NCBI GenBank assembly: GCA_964594075.1
Contig: CAZQKW010000017.1
Location: 1,290-65,289, forward strand
From: an uncultured Thermodesulfobacteriota bacterium
GTDB lineage: Bacteria; Desulfobacterota; WTBG01; CAIYCZ01
DNA: 64,000 nt
Direction: 5' to 3'
The position numbers and the translations under genes are program-made. The first letter of the stretch is position 1. Each line of letters begins with the position of its first letter. The notes beneath the pieces are model-generated. The model did not search any database, was not told where the DNA came from, and saw only the letters and a program-made list of their open reading frames with translations. This document shows, piece by piece, positions 10,468 to 20,520 of this stretch.

Positions 10468-10755
10468 TCACTTTTTAAAGATACTATCAAGAGGGTTCCG
10501 TTTCTCTTGCGTCGGTCCACTGTGGGCCTCTGCTGCAGAAGCCTCGCGGAAGGAAAAATAGTCGCAGAAATTGCTTCGATCCTTTTCTATAACCCGTTCT
10601 GCCTGCGGTTCGCGGCACTGATTATAGGCTCCTGAATCATAATAACGACAGTTCAGACAACAATGAAGGTCTGCATTGCAGAATGGGCACGTTTCTGTCC
10701 GGTTTGTTTTTACACCGATCGCAACTTCTTTTTTGCAGGAAAAACAAATGTTCAT
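10468..10755 (-). CDS. Small Cys-rich (zinc-ribbon-like) hypothetical protein
   Basis: CFSC, CPFC, CCLNC, C, C pattern. ATGA overlap with the udk stop supports the 10755 start. Confidence 0.7.
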   Translation of the reverse strand: MNICFSCKKEVAIGVKTNRTETCPFCNADLHCCLNCRYYDSGAYNQCREPQAERVIEKDRSNFCDYFSFREASAAEAHSGPTQEKRNPLDSIFKK

Positions 10756-11417
10756 TTTATAATTTTCGAAGGGAAACAAGACGCAGGTAATCGCCCCTCT
10801 TGTTTTAGAATTAACGTCTGCAATCTTTTCTGTATCGCGCTCATTATCTTCTGTTCACTCTCGCCAGGATTTAAAATTATATCTGCGCGAGCCTTTGACG
10901 GTTCTACAAATTTTAGATGCATCGGACGAACAAATTCAAGATACTGACGTGCAACTGATTCAATGGTTCTGCCACGCTCTGTTACATCCCGCACTAATCT
11001 CCGAAGGAACCGGATGTCAGGTTCCTCATGAATGAAAATTTTCAAATCGCACAGGTCGCAAATTTCATCAACAGCAAAAATGAGGATGCCTTCAACAATA
11101 ATAATCTCGCGCGGCTCAATATGTTCGGTGTGCGATTTCCGGGTGTGAGTTGTAAAGTCGTAAATCCGTTTTTCAACAGGGTGACCATTTTTGAGTGCCT
11201 TCAGGTGTGCAACTAACAGCGGTATTTCAAGCGCATCAGGGTGATCAAAGTTAAAATAATGGCGGTGCTCTATGGGGATCTCAGACCGGTCACGGTAATA
11301 TGAGTCGGTGTCTATCAAGGAGACGCGCCCTTCGCCGAATTGTGCGGAAATTTTTTTCGCAAGAGTTGTCTTACCGGCACCGGTGCCGCCGCAAATGCCA
11401 ATCAATAATGAGCTCAT
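10752..11417 (-). CDS. udk: Uridine kinase
   Basis: GGTGAGKTT P-loop, DSYY, NFDHPDA, VEGIL, RRLVRD, RPMH..FVEPSK..AD. Confidence 0.93.
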   Translation of the reverse strand: MSSLLIGICGGTGAGKTTLAKKISAQFGEGRVSLIDTDSYYRDRSEIPIEHRHYFNFDHPDALEIPLLVAHLKALKNGHPVEKRIYDFTTHTRKSHTEHIEPREIIIVEGILIFAVDEICDLCDLKIFIHEEPDIRFLRRLVRDVTERGRTIESVARQYLEFVRPMHLKFVEPSKARADIILNPGESEQKIMSAIQKRLQTLILKQEGRLPASCFPSKIIK

Positions 11418-12010
11418 ACCTGTAAGAACATTTGTAATGAGAATGTCTGGTTTTTTTGCGCCTGCCTATTGCGCCCAGTCGCCTCACGCTTATTTTCCGA
11501 TTCTTGAGGTGGAGTGTTCTTATCCTCCAAGACTGCAATGAATATAAAGGGAATTTGCTGGGTTAACCGCTGATTTTCAATGTATTCTTTTAAGGTTAAA
11601 AGTCCTATAATATAGTTGTTAAACACGTTCACGCCCTTAAACTGTGAAACATACTGATATGGTCTGGTTCTTTTTATGGCGAAATTCCATTCACCATTAA
11701 ACTGATAGCCATCGATAGCATATTTGCCCTGCGGTTTGAGGAAATTTTCACCTTCGATCTTGATTTCAAAGGATCCATTGTCGTATAAAAACATTCTGCC
11801 TGGCGCAATAGAATGTCCCCGTTTGAGGCTAAAGAAAGTAATTTTGTAAATTTTTTGAACACCGGTAACGAGTTTATTTTCTTGCTGCGGGTTGGAAACG
11901 GGTTGCCTGTGGAATGCGTGAAGATTAAAAGGGACGATAATAAAGCTTCCCGCCAGAGCTATTCCCGGCACGACGCGGAAAAATAATAATGCGTTGATGA
12001 CGAAAATCAT
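11414..12010 (-). CDS. Hypothetical exported/membrane-anchored protein
   Basis: 198-codon ORF with a hydrophobic N-terminus, overlapping the udk start by 4 bp. No motif recognised. Confidence 0.5.
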   Translation of the reverse strand: MIFVINALLFFRVVPGIALAGSFIIVPFNLHAFHRQPVSNPQQENKLVTGVQKIYKITFFSLKRGHSIAPGRMFLYDNGSFEIKIEGENFLKPQGKYAIDGYQFNGEWNFAIKRTRPYQYVSQFKGVNVFNNYIIGLLTLKEYIENQRLTQQIPFIFIAVLEDKNTPPQESENKREATGRNRQAQKNQTFSLQMFLQV

Positions 12011-12137
12011 TTTGCGGGTAAAAATATTTTAAAGCTGTATAACTATCTTTTGAAGTAACTCAGCACCGCTTGCGCGGAACTCTCTTAAGCTACTTAATTA
12101 TATATCCCAAAAGCATATTAAACAAAAGAGAATTGCA

Positions 12138-12614
12138 ATGATAAGCACTATAACACAAGGCAAAAGGTTTAAGAAAATTATTCTGGTGTTCATTGGAGCC
12201 CATTTTTTATGCGGCTGTGAGCTGATTGCGCGGATACCAGAAGTGCGGATTATAAAAAAAGACGGTAACAGGATAGAAGTTCAGGTAGAAGTTGCCCGCA
12301 CGCCTGCAGAAAGAAATTTGGGCCTCATGTATAGAAAATCTTTGGGGAAGAATAAGGGCATGCTCTTTATATTTGACGAGGAGAAGAAGCAAAACTTTAC
12401 GATGAAAAACACCTACATTCCCCTTGATATGATTTTTATTGCCAAGGACAAGCGGATTGTGGGTATTGTTGAAAATGCTGTGCCACTTTCTCAAAAGCAG
12501 TATTCAGTGGCAAAGCCTTCTTTATACGTGCTTGAAGTCAATGCGTTTTTCTGTCGGGATCTTAACATCGAAATTGGCGATGAAGTGCAATTCAAGGATA
12601 TAGATAACCACTGA
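12138..12614 (+). CDS. DUF192 family protein
   Basis: VEVARTPAER.LGLMYR, GMLFIF, FTMKNTYIPLDMIF, YVLEVN. Confidence 0.9.
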   Translation: MISTITQGKRFKKIILVFIGAHFLCGCELIARIPEVRIIKKDGNRIEVQVEVARTPAERNLGLMYRKSLGKNKGMLFIFDEEKKQNFTMKNTYIPLDMIFIAKDKRIVGIVENAVPLSQKQYSVAKPSLYVLEVNAFFCRDLNIEIGDEVQFKDIDNH

Positions 12615-12638
12615 GTAACCATTGATGCTCGTTTGTTT

Positions 12639-12668
12639 GTCATTCCCCGCCTTGATCGGGGAATTCAT
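12639..12668 (+). repeat. REP/RPE-like short palindrome
   Basis: GTCATTCCCCGCCTTGATCGGGGAATTCAT hairpin, related to the copies at 36600-36698. Confidence 0.6.
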
Positions 12669-12710
12669 AAGTGAGGGTGTTCTAAAGTTATTCCTTTGGG
12701 GGTCTTGTTA

Positions 12711-13376
12711 ATGCTGCGTGCAGTAATATTTGACATGGATGGCGTGATCGTTGACAGCCAGCCATACCATTTCGCTGTTGAAGAAAAAATATGTCGTGAA
12801 ATGGGCATTGACGTATCGTTAGAAGAAAGCCACTCTTTTGTCGGTATGGCGGGGCCAAAGGTGTGGAGTTATTTGAAAAGTAAATTTAAACTGCAGCAAT
12901 CAATTGAAGAACTGCTGGCCTATGAAAATAAAGCGCGCGTTGCGTATTTTTCATCATTAAAAAATGTGCGTCCCATTTCTGGTGTCGTTGAGCTGCTCAA
13001 GGAGCTGAAACAACACGATATTAAAAGAGCCCTGGCATCGTCGTCATCTGCCGAGGTCATAGAAATATTTTTATCTAAACTGGAGATTCGCGATTATTTC
13101 CAAAAAATAATAAGCGGGGATATGGTAGAAAAAGGAAAACCAGACCCGGATATTTTCTTATATACTGCAACAGCTCTTGAAGAAAGCCCAACAGACTGTC
13201 TGGTAATTGAGGACTCGGCAAATGGTGTCAAGGCGGCAAAACGGGCAGGCATGAAATGCATAGGCTTCAAAAACGCACATTCAGGCGATCAAGATTTGTC
13301 CCTTGCTGACATGGTGATTGATGATTTAAGAAGAATTGATTTACACCTTTTGTTTCCTCTTTTTCAGCATTTATAA
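12711..13376 (+). CDS. HAD-IA phosphatase (beta-PGM-like)
   Basis: FDMDGVIVDS, KPDPDIF, IEDSANGVKAAKRAGM. Confidence 0.9.
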   Translation: MLRAVIFDMDGVIVDSQPYHFAVEEKICREMGIDVSLEESHSFVGMAGPKVWSYLKSKFKLQQSIEELLAYENKARVAYFSSLKNVRPISGVVELLKELKQHDIKRALASSSSAEVIEIFLSKLEIRDYFQKIISGDMVEKGKPDPDIFLYTATALEESPTDCLVIEDSANGVKAAKRAGMKCIGFKNAHSGDQDLSLADMVIDDLRRIDLHLLFPLFQHL

Positions 13377-13588
13377 AACCGTGACAGGCAATATAATTGT
13401 TTATAATAGGACCACAACAGTTGAACAAAGATAAAAAAACAATTAGGCGTAAGATAAATTCTGCTATGAATGATTGTCGTAATCTTCTCTATTGCGCGAG
13501 CCATAAAGAATGCGGGGGTGCTACAATTTGTTGTAATTTTTCAATTTGTGAGATAGTATTGTAATCATCAATTTATCAGGTAACCATT

Positions 13589-13888
13589 ATGTTCATCATT
13601 GCCAATTTGTTAAATGCCATAGCCATGATCATTCACTATGCCCTGCAGATTTATCTGTGGCTGGTGATAGGGCGGGCGATCATTTCGTGGGTTAATCCCG
13701 ATCCGTATAACCCGATAGTGAACTTTCTCTATCAGGTTACCGAGCCGGTTCTATATCGGGTCAGGCGGATGCTTCCATTCCCCAGTATCGGCATTGACAT
13801 TTCCCCGATTATTGTTTTTGCCATTATCATATTTCTTGACAGCTTTCTGGTCGGCACGCTGCAGGAAATAGCCATGAGGTTGCGATAG
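13589..13888 (+). CDS. yggT: YggT family membrane protein
   Basis: ISWVNPDPYNPIV.FLYQVTEPVL..VRR.LP...IDISPI. Confidence 0.93.
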   Translation: MFIIANLLNAIAMIIHYALQIYLWLVIGRAIISWVNPDPYNPIVNFLYQVTEPVLYRVRRMLPFPSIGIDISPIIVFAIIIFLDSFLVGTLQEIAMRLR

Positions 13889-13947
13889 CCATGGTCGAAC
13901 ATAAAATACTATTTGACGACGACGAGAGGACTTCATTGGAACGAGAT

Positions 13948-14385
13948 ATGAAGATCAGTCCCAAAGAAATCCTTGAAAAGGAATTTTCGTTGCGATTCCG
14001 GGGATACGATGTCAATCAGGTGGACGCATTTCTTGAAGACCTGGCGCGGGAATTAGAACGCATATCGCAGGAACTTCACAGCGTTCAAGAAGAGCGCGAA
14101 CAGTTGAAAGAGGAGCTTGCTGTCTTACGAGAAAGAGAAAGAAATTTAAAAGAAGAACTGCTGGTGGCCCAGACCATGGGCGACGACATACGTGCACGAG
14201 CCGAGCAGGAAGCTTCGCGAATTATTGCCGGCGCTCAACTTGACGCTCAAAAGATTTTAGCCGAAGTGCGGCAGCAATGCGCATCTCTTCAGCAGGAAAT
14301 AACCGCCATGAATCAAAAACGCGAGCAGTTTGAAACGTCTCTCAGGGCGCTCCTGGAGGGGTATCTAAACCTCATCGGAAAATGA
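13948..14385 (+). CDS. divIVA: DivIVA domain protein
   Basis: ISPKEILEKEFSLRFRGYDVNQVDAFLE followed by coiled coil. Start could be 13891. Confidence 0.85.
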   Translation: MKISPKEILEKEFSLRFRGYDVNQVDAFLEDLARELERISQELHSVQEEREQLKEELAVLRERERNLKEELLVAQTMGDDIRARAEQEASRIIAGAQLDAQKILAEVRQQCASLQQEITAMNQKREQFETSLRALLEGYLNLIGK

Positions 14386-14386
14386 T

Positions 14387-14701
14387 GTGAACATTTCGGG
14401 CAGTGATAAAATCGTGCGGATTATTGCCGGCGGCGTTGAACTTGCCGTTGCAGTTGTGCCCCGTTCTTCCCGGTGCGAATTTTCCGGAGTCCACAATAAC
14501 GCCCTTCGCATAAAACTTACCAGTCCGCCGGTTGAAAATGAAGCCAATCTGCAATGTTGCACCATGATTGCTCAAAAACTGGGCATAGCCCGGGGGCGGG
14601 TTTCAATAATAAGGGGCAATACCACACGCAAAAAAATATTAAAAATTGAGGGCGTGTCAGAACGCGAGGTAAGAGAGAAATTACTGCAAGGCGAACTATA
14701 G
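14387..14701 (+). CDS. yggU: DUF167 (YggU) family protein
   Basis: VVPRSSR, LRIKLTSPPVENEAN, IIRG.TTRKK, in the usual yggT-divIVA context. Confidence 0.85.
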   Translation: MNISGSDKIVRIIAGGVELAVAVVPRSSRCEFSGVHNNALRIKLTSPPVENEANLQCCTMIAQKLGIARGRVSIIRGNTTRKKILKIEGVSEREVREKLLQGEL

Positions 14702-14732
14702 TGTTCGTATTTTGTGAAGCTTTTGTCGCGCG

Positions 14733-15608
14733 TTAGATTATCTTATTAAGCGGATATTCAATTATCCCCTCTGCTCCCTTCCGGTGCAGCTCGGGAATAA
14801 GCTTGCGCACCTCTCTCTCCGTGATAACCGTTTCAACCGAGAACCAGTCACTTTGATAAAGGGTTGCGACCGTGGGCGCTGTTATGCTGGGCAGCAGTTG
14901 TACGATTGTTTCCAGCTTGTCTTTGGGCACGTTCATTTTGAGACCGACCATGCCTTCGGCTTTAAGCGCGCCCTCCAACAGCATGGCAATCTGCTGAATT
15001 TTTTCTCTTTTCCACTGATCAGCCCATGAGTCGCGATTAGCGATAAGCTGCGTGTTGGTCTCCAGCAGTTCATGAATAATCTTTAATCCGTGGGCCTTTA
15101 TCGTGCTGCCTGTCTCGGTAACTTCAACAATTGCATCAGCAAGACCCTCAACCACTTTGGCTTCTGTTGCGCCCCACGAGAATTCAACCTCAACATTTAT
15201 ATTGCGGGATTTAAAATAATTTGTGGTAAAATTTACCAGCTCAGTATAAATCTTTTTGCCTTCAAGGTCTTCCAGCCGGGTAATCGGCGAGTCGTCTTTC
15301 ACCACCAGAACCCAGCGCGCCGGCTTCTGGGTTGCCTTAGAGTAAACGAGGTTGCTTACGACCATGACATCTGAGTTATTTTCCAGTATCCAGTCCCTGC
15401 CGGTTAGAGCGACATCAATGGTGCCGTTTTCCACGAACCGAGGCATCTCCTGCGCGCGAACCAGCACACAGGAAAGTTCTGCGTCATCAATGCTCGGGAA
15501 ATAACTGCGGGAGCTGGTGGTGATTTTCCATCCTGATTTCTTGAATAATTCAATAGTTGCATGTTCCAGGCTTCCCTTGGGGATACCAACTTTTAATTTC
15601 TGCGCCAC
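14733..15608 (-). CDS. hisG: ATP phosphoribosyltransferase, long form
   Basis: [43 protein letters not shown]-terminal regulatory domain. GTG start after AAGGAGG. Confidence 0.95.
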   Translation of the reverse strand: MAQKLKVGIPKGSLEHATIELFKKSGWKITTSSRSYFPSIDDAELSCVLVRAQEMPRFVENGTIDVALTGRDWILENNSDVMVVSNLVYSKATQKPARWVLVVKDDSPITRLEDLEGKKIYTELVNFTTNYFKSRNINVEVEFSWGATEAKVVEGLADAIVEVTETGSTIKAHGLKIIHELLETNTQLIANRDSWADQWKREKIQQIAMLLEGALKAEGMVGLKMNVPKDKLETIVQLLPSITAPTVATLYQSDWFSVETVITEREVRKLIPELHRKGAEGIIEYPLNKII

Positions 15609-15778
15609 ATTTTCCTCCTTGAGGATATAAAATTTATGATAAATTAACATGAAACGTGGAAAGTGAAAAGGGGAAAGTGAAAAAACAGTAACGCGCAATT
15701 CGTCGCAGGTCATGCAGACGAAAAAATGCGATGCACGAATCGCAAACCCCTAAATCCCGACTCCCATTCTTTAATTAT

Positions 15779-16519
15779 ATGATGCGCACCATTAAACTTA
15801 CCATTGCGTTTGACGGTACGAATTATCACGGATGGCAGATACAGAAAGAAAAGCCAACAGTGCAGCAGGTTCTGCGCGACACCATCTCCATGGTATTAAA
15901 CAGGCCAATAATACTGCACGGCTCGGGAAGAACGGATGCCGGCGTGCATGCCTTAGGCCTGGTAGCTCATTTTACCACCGAGGCAGGCCTGCCTGTGGAT
16001 ACCCTGTGTAAGGCAGTTAACAGTCTGATACCAAAGGATATTGTCATCAAGAAAGCAGAGGAAGTTGATGCACGTTTTAATGCGCGTTACAGCGCAAAAA
16101 GCAGAACATACTGGTATCTTATCTGGAACTCGTCGCAGCGATGCGCTTTTTTACAGCGCTATGCATGGCACGTCTCAGCCCCACTCAATATAGAAGCAAT
16201 GAAACAGGCTGCTGCGGTTTTGATCGGTGTGCATGATTTTGCCTCGTTTCAGGGCTCTGATAGAGAGAACGGCCATGCAGTGCGGGAGGTGCGCCGCGTC
16301 GCGTGTAAAAAAATGCGGAAGCACCTGGTTATTTTTTCAATCACCGCCAACGCATTTGTGAAGCATATGGTGAGAAATATTGTCGGGACGCTGGTGGATG
16401 TCGGCACTGGAAAAATAAGTCCAGAAGGTTTTGAGTCAATCCTGTTAAAAAAGGACCGCTCTGCGGCCGGCATAACCGCACCGCCGCACGGACTATTTCT
16501 GAGTAAAGTCCATTACTGA
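15779..16519 (+). CDS. truA: tRNA pseudouridine(38-40) synthase
   Basis: FDGTNYHGWQ, GSGRTDAGVHA, HDFASF, HMVRNIVG, TAPPHGLFL. Confidence 0.95.
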   Translation: MMRTIKLTIAFDGTNYHGWQIQKEKPTVQQVLRDTISMVLNRPIILHGSGRTDAGVHALGLVAHFTTEAGLPVDTLCKAVNSLIPKDIVIKKAEEVDARFNARYSAKSRTYWYLIWNSSQRCAFLQRYAWHVSAPLNIEAMKQAAAVLIGVHDFASFQGSDRENGHAVREVRRVACKKMRKHLVIFSITANAFVKHMVRNIVGTLVDVGTGKISPEGFESILLKKDRSAAGITAPPHGLFLSKVHY

Positions 16520-16534
16520 CGGCGTTTGCGGGTT

Positions 16535-16705
16535 TTAATCCAGTTTTGTTGCCTCATCAATGAGCATGACCGGAATATCGTCTTTAATGTGATAGAGCAG
16601 TTTGCATGCATCACAGATAAGACCATCCTGTGATTCATTTAATCGAATATCCCCTTTGCACTGCGGGCAGGCAAGGATTTCAAGTAACTCTTTGCTGATT
16701 GTCAT
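16535..16705 (-). CDS. Trm112 family protein (YcaR-like)
   Basis: LLEILACPQCKG, LICDAC.L.Y.I.DDIPVML. GGAGG RBS. Confidence 0.9.
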   Translation of the reverse strand: MTISKELLEILACPQCKGDIRLNESQDGLICDACKLLYHIKDDIPVMLIDEATKLD

Positions 16706-16742
16706 GGCACCTCCCGTGCTGGTAACCATTTTAAAGATATTG

Positions 16743-17324
16743 TTATTTTTTAGAACTATCGTTCAAAATCAGTTGAGCGGCATCATACAGATCCGACGCT
16801 ATATAGTGCGGCGGTTTAAGATTAGCCTCCCGATGTTTGGTTAGCTCGCGCGCGCCATATCCGGTCAGCACCATAATGGCTGTCGCCCCAACGTTATGCG
16901 CAAGCTCTATGTCGCATGATTTATCCCCCACGACATAGGAGTGCAGCACGTCAATTTCCAATTCACGCGCAGCCTGAAACACCAATCCGGGCAACGGTTT
17001 TCGGCACTGGCATGCAATCCGGTAGTGCTCGACAGCAGCCTCGGGATGATGAGGGCAATAGTAAAATCGGTCTATATGAGCGTTTTCTGTGTTGAGCAGT
17101 GCTGACAGGCGGTTATGAATTTCAGGAATGAGCGCTTCGTGCAGAAATCCCTTGGCGATGCCAGCCTGATTGGTAATGACCACTGTTATGAAGCCGGCAT
17201 CATTTAAGAGCTTAATTGCGTGCGCAGCGCGGGGTATCAACTCAAGCTGGTAGGGGTGATTTAAATAGCCGATATCGGTATTTATTGTTCCGTCCCGGTC
17301 AAGAAACACTGCCTGTTTTTTCAC
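16743..17324 (-). CDS. gmhB: D-glycero-D-manno-heptose 1,7-bisphosphate phosphatase (HAD-IIIA)
   Basis: FLDRDGTIN, ITNQAGI, YCPHHP, CQCRKP.PG, VGDK..D. Confidence 0.88.
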   Translation of the reverse strand: MKKQAVFLDRDGTINTDIGYLNHPYQLELIPRAAHAIKLLNDAGFITVVITNQAGIAKGFLHEALIPEIHNRLSALLNTENAHIDRFYYCPHHPEAAVEHYRIACQCRKPLPGLVFQAARELEIDVLHSYVVGDKSCDIELAHNVGATAIMVLTGYGARELTKHREANLKPPHYIASDLYDAAQLILNDSSKK

Positions 17325-18619
17325 GGCTGATTAAAGACCCGCTCAAAAATAGCATCCATATTGCTTAGGAAAAAACTGAACGAACAGAATGCTTCAATCT
17401 CTTCTTTTTTGAGAATGCTGGTGATTTCCTGATCCTGTAATAGCACATCTTTAAAATCTTTTTGCTGGCGCCAGGCCTGCAAGGCATCCTTCTGCACCAT
17501 CTGATAAGCCGTTTCACGCGAAATGCCACGCTGGGTCAGTTCCAGAAGAATTCTCTGCGAAAAAAATATCCCTTTGGTCAGCGCTACATTTGCCTGCATC
17601 TGCTCAGGGTAGACGATGAGGTCTTTGATCAGAGTGGTAAACCGCACCAGCATAAAATCAAGAATCGTTGTGCTGTCCGGGCCGATGATCCGCTCAACCG
17701 AGGAGTGGCTGATATCGCGCTCATGCCAGAGGGCTACATTTTCCATGGCCGCAAGCGCATGTGCCCGCAGAATACGCGCCAGTCCCGCAATGTTCTCCGA
17801 CAAAACAGGGTTTTGCTTGTGCGGCATCGCCGACGACCCTTTCTGTCCAGTAGAGAAATATTCTGCAGCTTCTGAGACTTCAGTGCGCTGCAGGTGCCTG
17901 ATTTCAAGCGCGAATTTATCAAGGCTGCACCCGATAAGCGCCAGGGTGGCGAAGAACTCGGCATGAAGGTCGCGTTGCAGAATCTGAGTGGAAATGGGTG
18001 CCGGCTTGAGGCCGCATTTTTTACACACATACTCCTCAACCAACGGGGGATTGTAGGCAAAGGTGCCGACAGCCCCGGAGACTTTTCCAAAGCTGATCGT
18101 TTCTTTTGCACGCTCCATGCGCCGGCGGTGCCGCTGCATCTCGTCATACCAGCCTGCCAATTTAAAACCAAATGTTATGGGCTCGGCATGAACGCCGTGG
18201 GTGCGGCCCATCATGAGCGTGTTTTTATGCTCATATGCTTTGGCTTTGAGGACTGCCAGCAGCGCGTCAATATCCTGCAAAATAATATCCGCAGCTTCCT
18301 TTAATAACATCGAGAACGATGTATCAAGCACATCGGAAGAAGTGAGCCCCCAGTGAATGTAGCGTGCATCTTCGCCCACATATTCGGCCACACAGGTGGT
18401 GAACGCAATGACATCATGTTTGGTAACCTGTTCAATTTCATCAATGCGCTTGACATCGAAACGTGCTTTTTCTTTGATATTGCGGAGCGCGGTTTCAGGC
18501 ATCAGACCTAAACGGGACCGGGCCTCGCACACGGCAATTTCAATATCCAGCCACTTTTGAAATCTGTTTTCCGGAGACCAGATTTGTTTCATAACATCTC
18601 GAGCGTAACGATCAATCAT
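17321..18619 (-). CDS. purB: Adenylosuccinate lyase
   Basis: HDVIAF, HWGLTSSD, GRTHGVHAEP, GSSAMPHKQNP. Confidence 0.95.
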   Translation of the reverse strand: MIDRYARDVMKQIWSPENRFQKWLDIEIAVCEARSRLGLMPETALRNIKEKARFDVKRIDEIEQVTKHDVIAFTTCVAEYVGEDARYIHWGLTSSDVLDTSFSMLLKEAADIILQDIDALLAVLKAKAYEHKNTLMMGRTHGVHAEPITFGFKLAGWYDEMQRHRRRMERAKETISFGKVSGAVGTFAYNPPLVEEYVCKKCGLKPAPISTQILQRDLHAEFFATLALIGCSLDKFALEIRHLQRTEVSEAAEYFSTGQKGSSAMPHKQNPVLSENIAGLARILRAHALAAMENVALWHERDISHSSVERIIGPDSTTILDFMLVRFTTLIKDLIVYPEQMQANVALTKGIFFSQRILLELTQRGISRETAYQMVQKDALQAWRQQKDFKDVLLQDQEITSILKKEEIEAFCSFSFFLSNMDAIFERVFNQP

Positions 18620-18696
18620 ACGGTACCCCTATAATTTTTTAATTCTGATACACAACAATTTGATGCAAAAAAACTTTAAAATTGATTCACAGGCCA

Positions 18697-20367
18697 TTAA
18701 CTATGGCTCTGCCGCAATGCTTCTTCTCGAAGCACTCGACGCAGGACTTTCCCTACTAAACTTTTGGGAAGCTGTTCGGTAAAAATGATGCGCCGGGGTA
18801 TTTTATACTTTGCGAGATTATCGCGGCAATATTTAATAATTTCCTCCGGTGTTGCGGTTGCGCCCTCTTTTAAAACGACATATGCAATTATTTTTTCGCC
18901 CCGCAGTTCATCGGGAATGCCGACCACGGCTGCCTCAGAAACTTTTGCATGGGACATAAGAAACGCATCAAGCTCCAGCGGATAGACATTATATCCCTCG
19001 GATATAATCATGTCCTTTTTCCGCTCCACGATATAAAAGTATCCGTCCGCATCCATCCGTGCGATATCGCCCGTATGCAGCCAGCCGTCTTTGAGAACAA
19101 GGGATGTTTCATCAGGCTTGCGCCAATACCCGTGCATAACCTGGGGTCCCCTGATACATAGTTCGCCCTCGTTGCCCGATGGCAGTTCCTGACCGGTTTC
19201 AAGATCAACAATTTTACAATCCGTGTCCGGCAGCGGCAGGCCGATGCTGCCAATTTTTCGCTGGTGCTGAATGGGATTGCAGTGCGTCACCGGTGAAGCT
19301 TCAGTAAGCCCGTAACCCTCAATTATTGTGCTCTTGGTTATCTGTTCGAAATTGCTTAAAACGCTCAGCGGCAACGGGGCAGAACCAGAAATGCAATAAT
19401 TCACGCTTGAAATATCATATTTTCTTGTTTCCTTGGCGGTATTGAGGGCGGCATAGATGGCAGGGATACCGGGGAAAAAGGTTGCTTTATAGTGTGCAAT
19501 AGCTTTCAAGACATCTTTGGGGATAAAGCGTGGCATTAGAATTAATGTAGCGCCAACAGAAAGAGGCAAATTCATCGCCACGGAAAGGCCGTATGAATGG
19601 AAAAACGGTAGTACCGAGATAAAAATTTCCTGCCCCTCGCGCACAACGTAATACCAGTGGCGCATTTGCATATTATTGCATACAATATTGCGGTGGCTCA
19701 GCATGGCTCCTTTTGAGGTGCCGGTGGTGCCGCCGGTATATTGCAGCACCGCAATATCATGGGGATGTATGTCCGGGACAGGGACAGGTTCATAGTCACT
19801 GCGCACCAGATTGTGAAAAAGCACGACGCCCTCAGATTCTTTCAGGTCAGGCACCTCGCCCGGCGGTTTCCCAAAAAGTGGATACAGGACTTTTTTTAAC
19901 GGCGGCAGATAATCCTGTATTGTGCCGACCACAATTTTTCTCAGCGGGGTGCGGTCTTTAATACTGTTTGCCCTTGCAAAAAGCAGGTCCAGTGTGATAA
20001 GAGTTTGTGCCCCGGAATCGTTAAGTTGATATTCAAGTTCCTTTTCTGTATACAGCGGGTTAGCGGGCACGACAATGCTACCGATACTTAAGGCAGCGTA
20101 AAAAGAAATTACCATCTGCGGGCAGTTGGGTAACCAGAGCATGACCCGTTCTTTTGGCAAAACCCCCAAATGCTGCAGAGCCCCTGCACACCGCATTATT
20201 GACTCTCTAAGCTGCTTATACGTTATAGCGGTCCCCAGGAAGTTAAGCGCCGTATGATCGGAAAACTTTTGGGCAGCATGCTCAAACATCTCGTGAACGA
20301 GCATCTGAGGATATTCAAGCGTTGCGGGGACGGCGCTATCATATGATTTCAGCCAGACTTTGTCCAT
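18697..20367 (-). CDS. fadD: Long-chain fatty acid-CoA ligase
   Basis: YTGGTTGTSKG, GYGLTEASP, GELCIRGPQVMHGYW, TGDIA. Substrate is not determinable from sequence. Confidence 0.85.
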   Translation of the reverse strand: MDKVWLKSYDSAVPATLEYPQMLVHEMFEHAAQKFSDHTALNFLGTAITYKQLRESIMRCAGALQHLGVLPKERVMLWLPNCPQMVISFYAALSIGSIVVPANPLYTEKELEYQLNDSGAQTLITLDLLFARANSIKDRTPLRKIVVGTIQDYLPPLKKVLYPLFGKPPGEVPDLKESEGVVLFHNLVRSDYEPVPVPDIHPHDIAVLQYTGGTTGTSKGAMLSHRNIVCNNMQMRHWYYVVREGQEIFISVLPFFHSYGLSVAMNLPLSVGATLILMPRFIPKDVLKAIAHYKATFFPGIPAIYAALNTAKETRKYDISSVNYCISGSAPLPLSVLSNFEQITKSTIIEGYGLTEASPVTHCNPIQHQRKIGSIGLPLPDTDCKIVDLETGQELPSGNEGELCIRGPQVMHGYWRKPDETSLVLKDGWLHTGDIARMDADGYFYIVERKKDMIISEGYNVYPLELDAFLMSHAKVSEAAVVGIPDELRGEKIIAYVVLKEGATATPEEIIKYCRDNLAKYKIPRRIIFTEQLPKSLVGKVLRRVLREEALRQSHS

Positions 20368-20520
20368 TTAAACTCGCGATTATTGGCGGTCTGCTCGATA
20401 CCGGAGCACCCAAAAGATTGATAGATTGTGCAGAGCCAAATATAGAAATTGTCATGTAGTAATTTTAACTGATGTTTAAAACTCTAATACAGGTTACGAC
20501 ACGTTAGCAAGTATTTTTAC

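Noticed and set aside
15609-15780. His leader peptide or attenuator before hisG
   Set aside because: No His-codon run and no terminator hairpin. The upstream in-frame extension in the ORF track is probably not translated.
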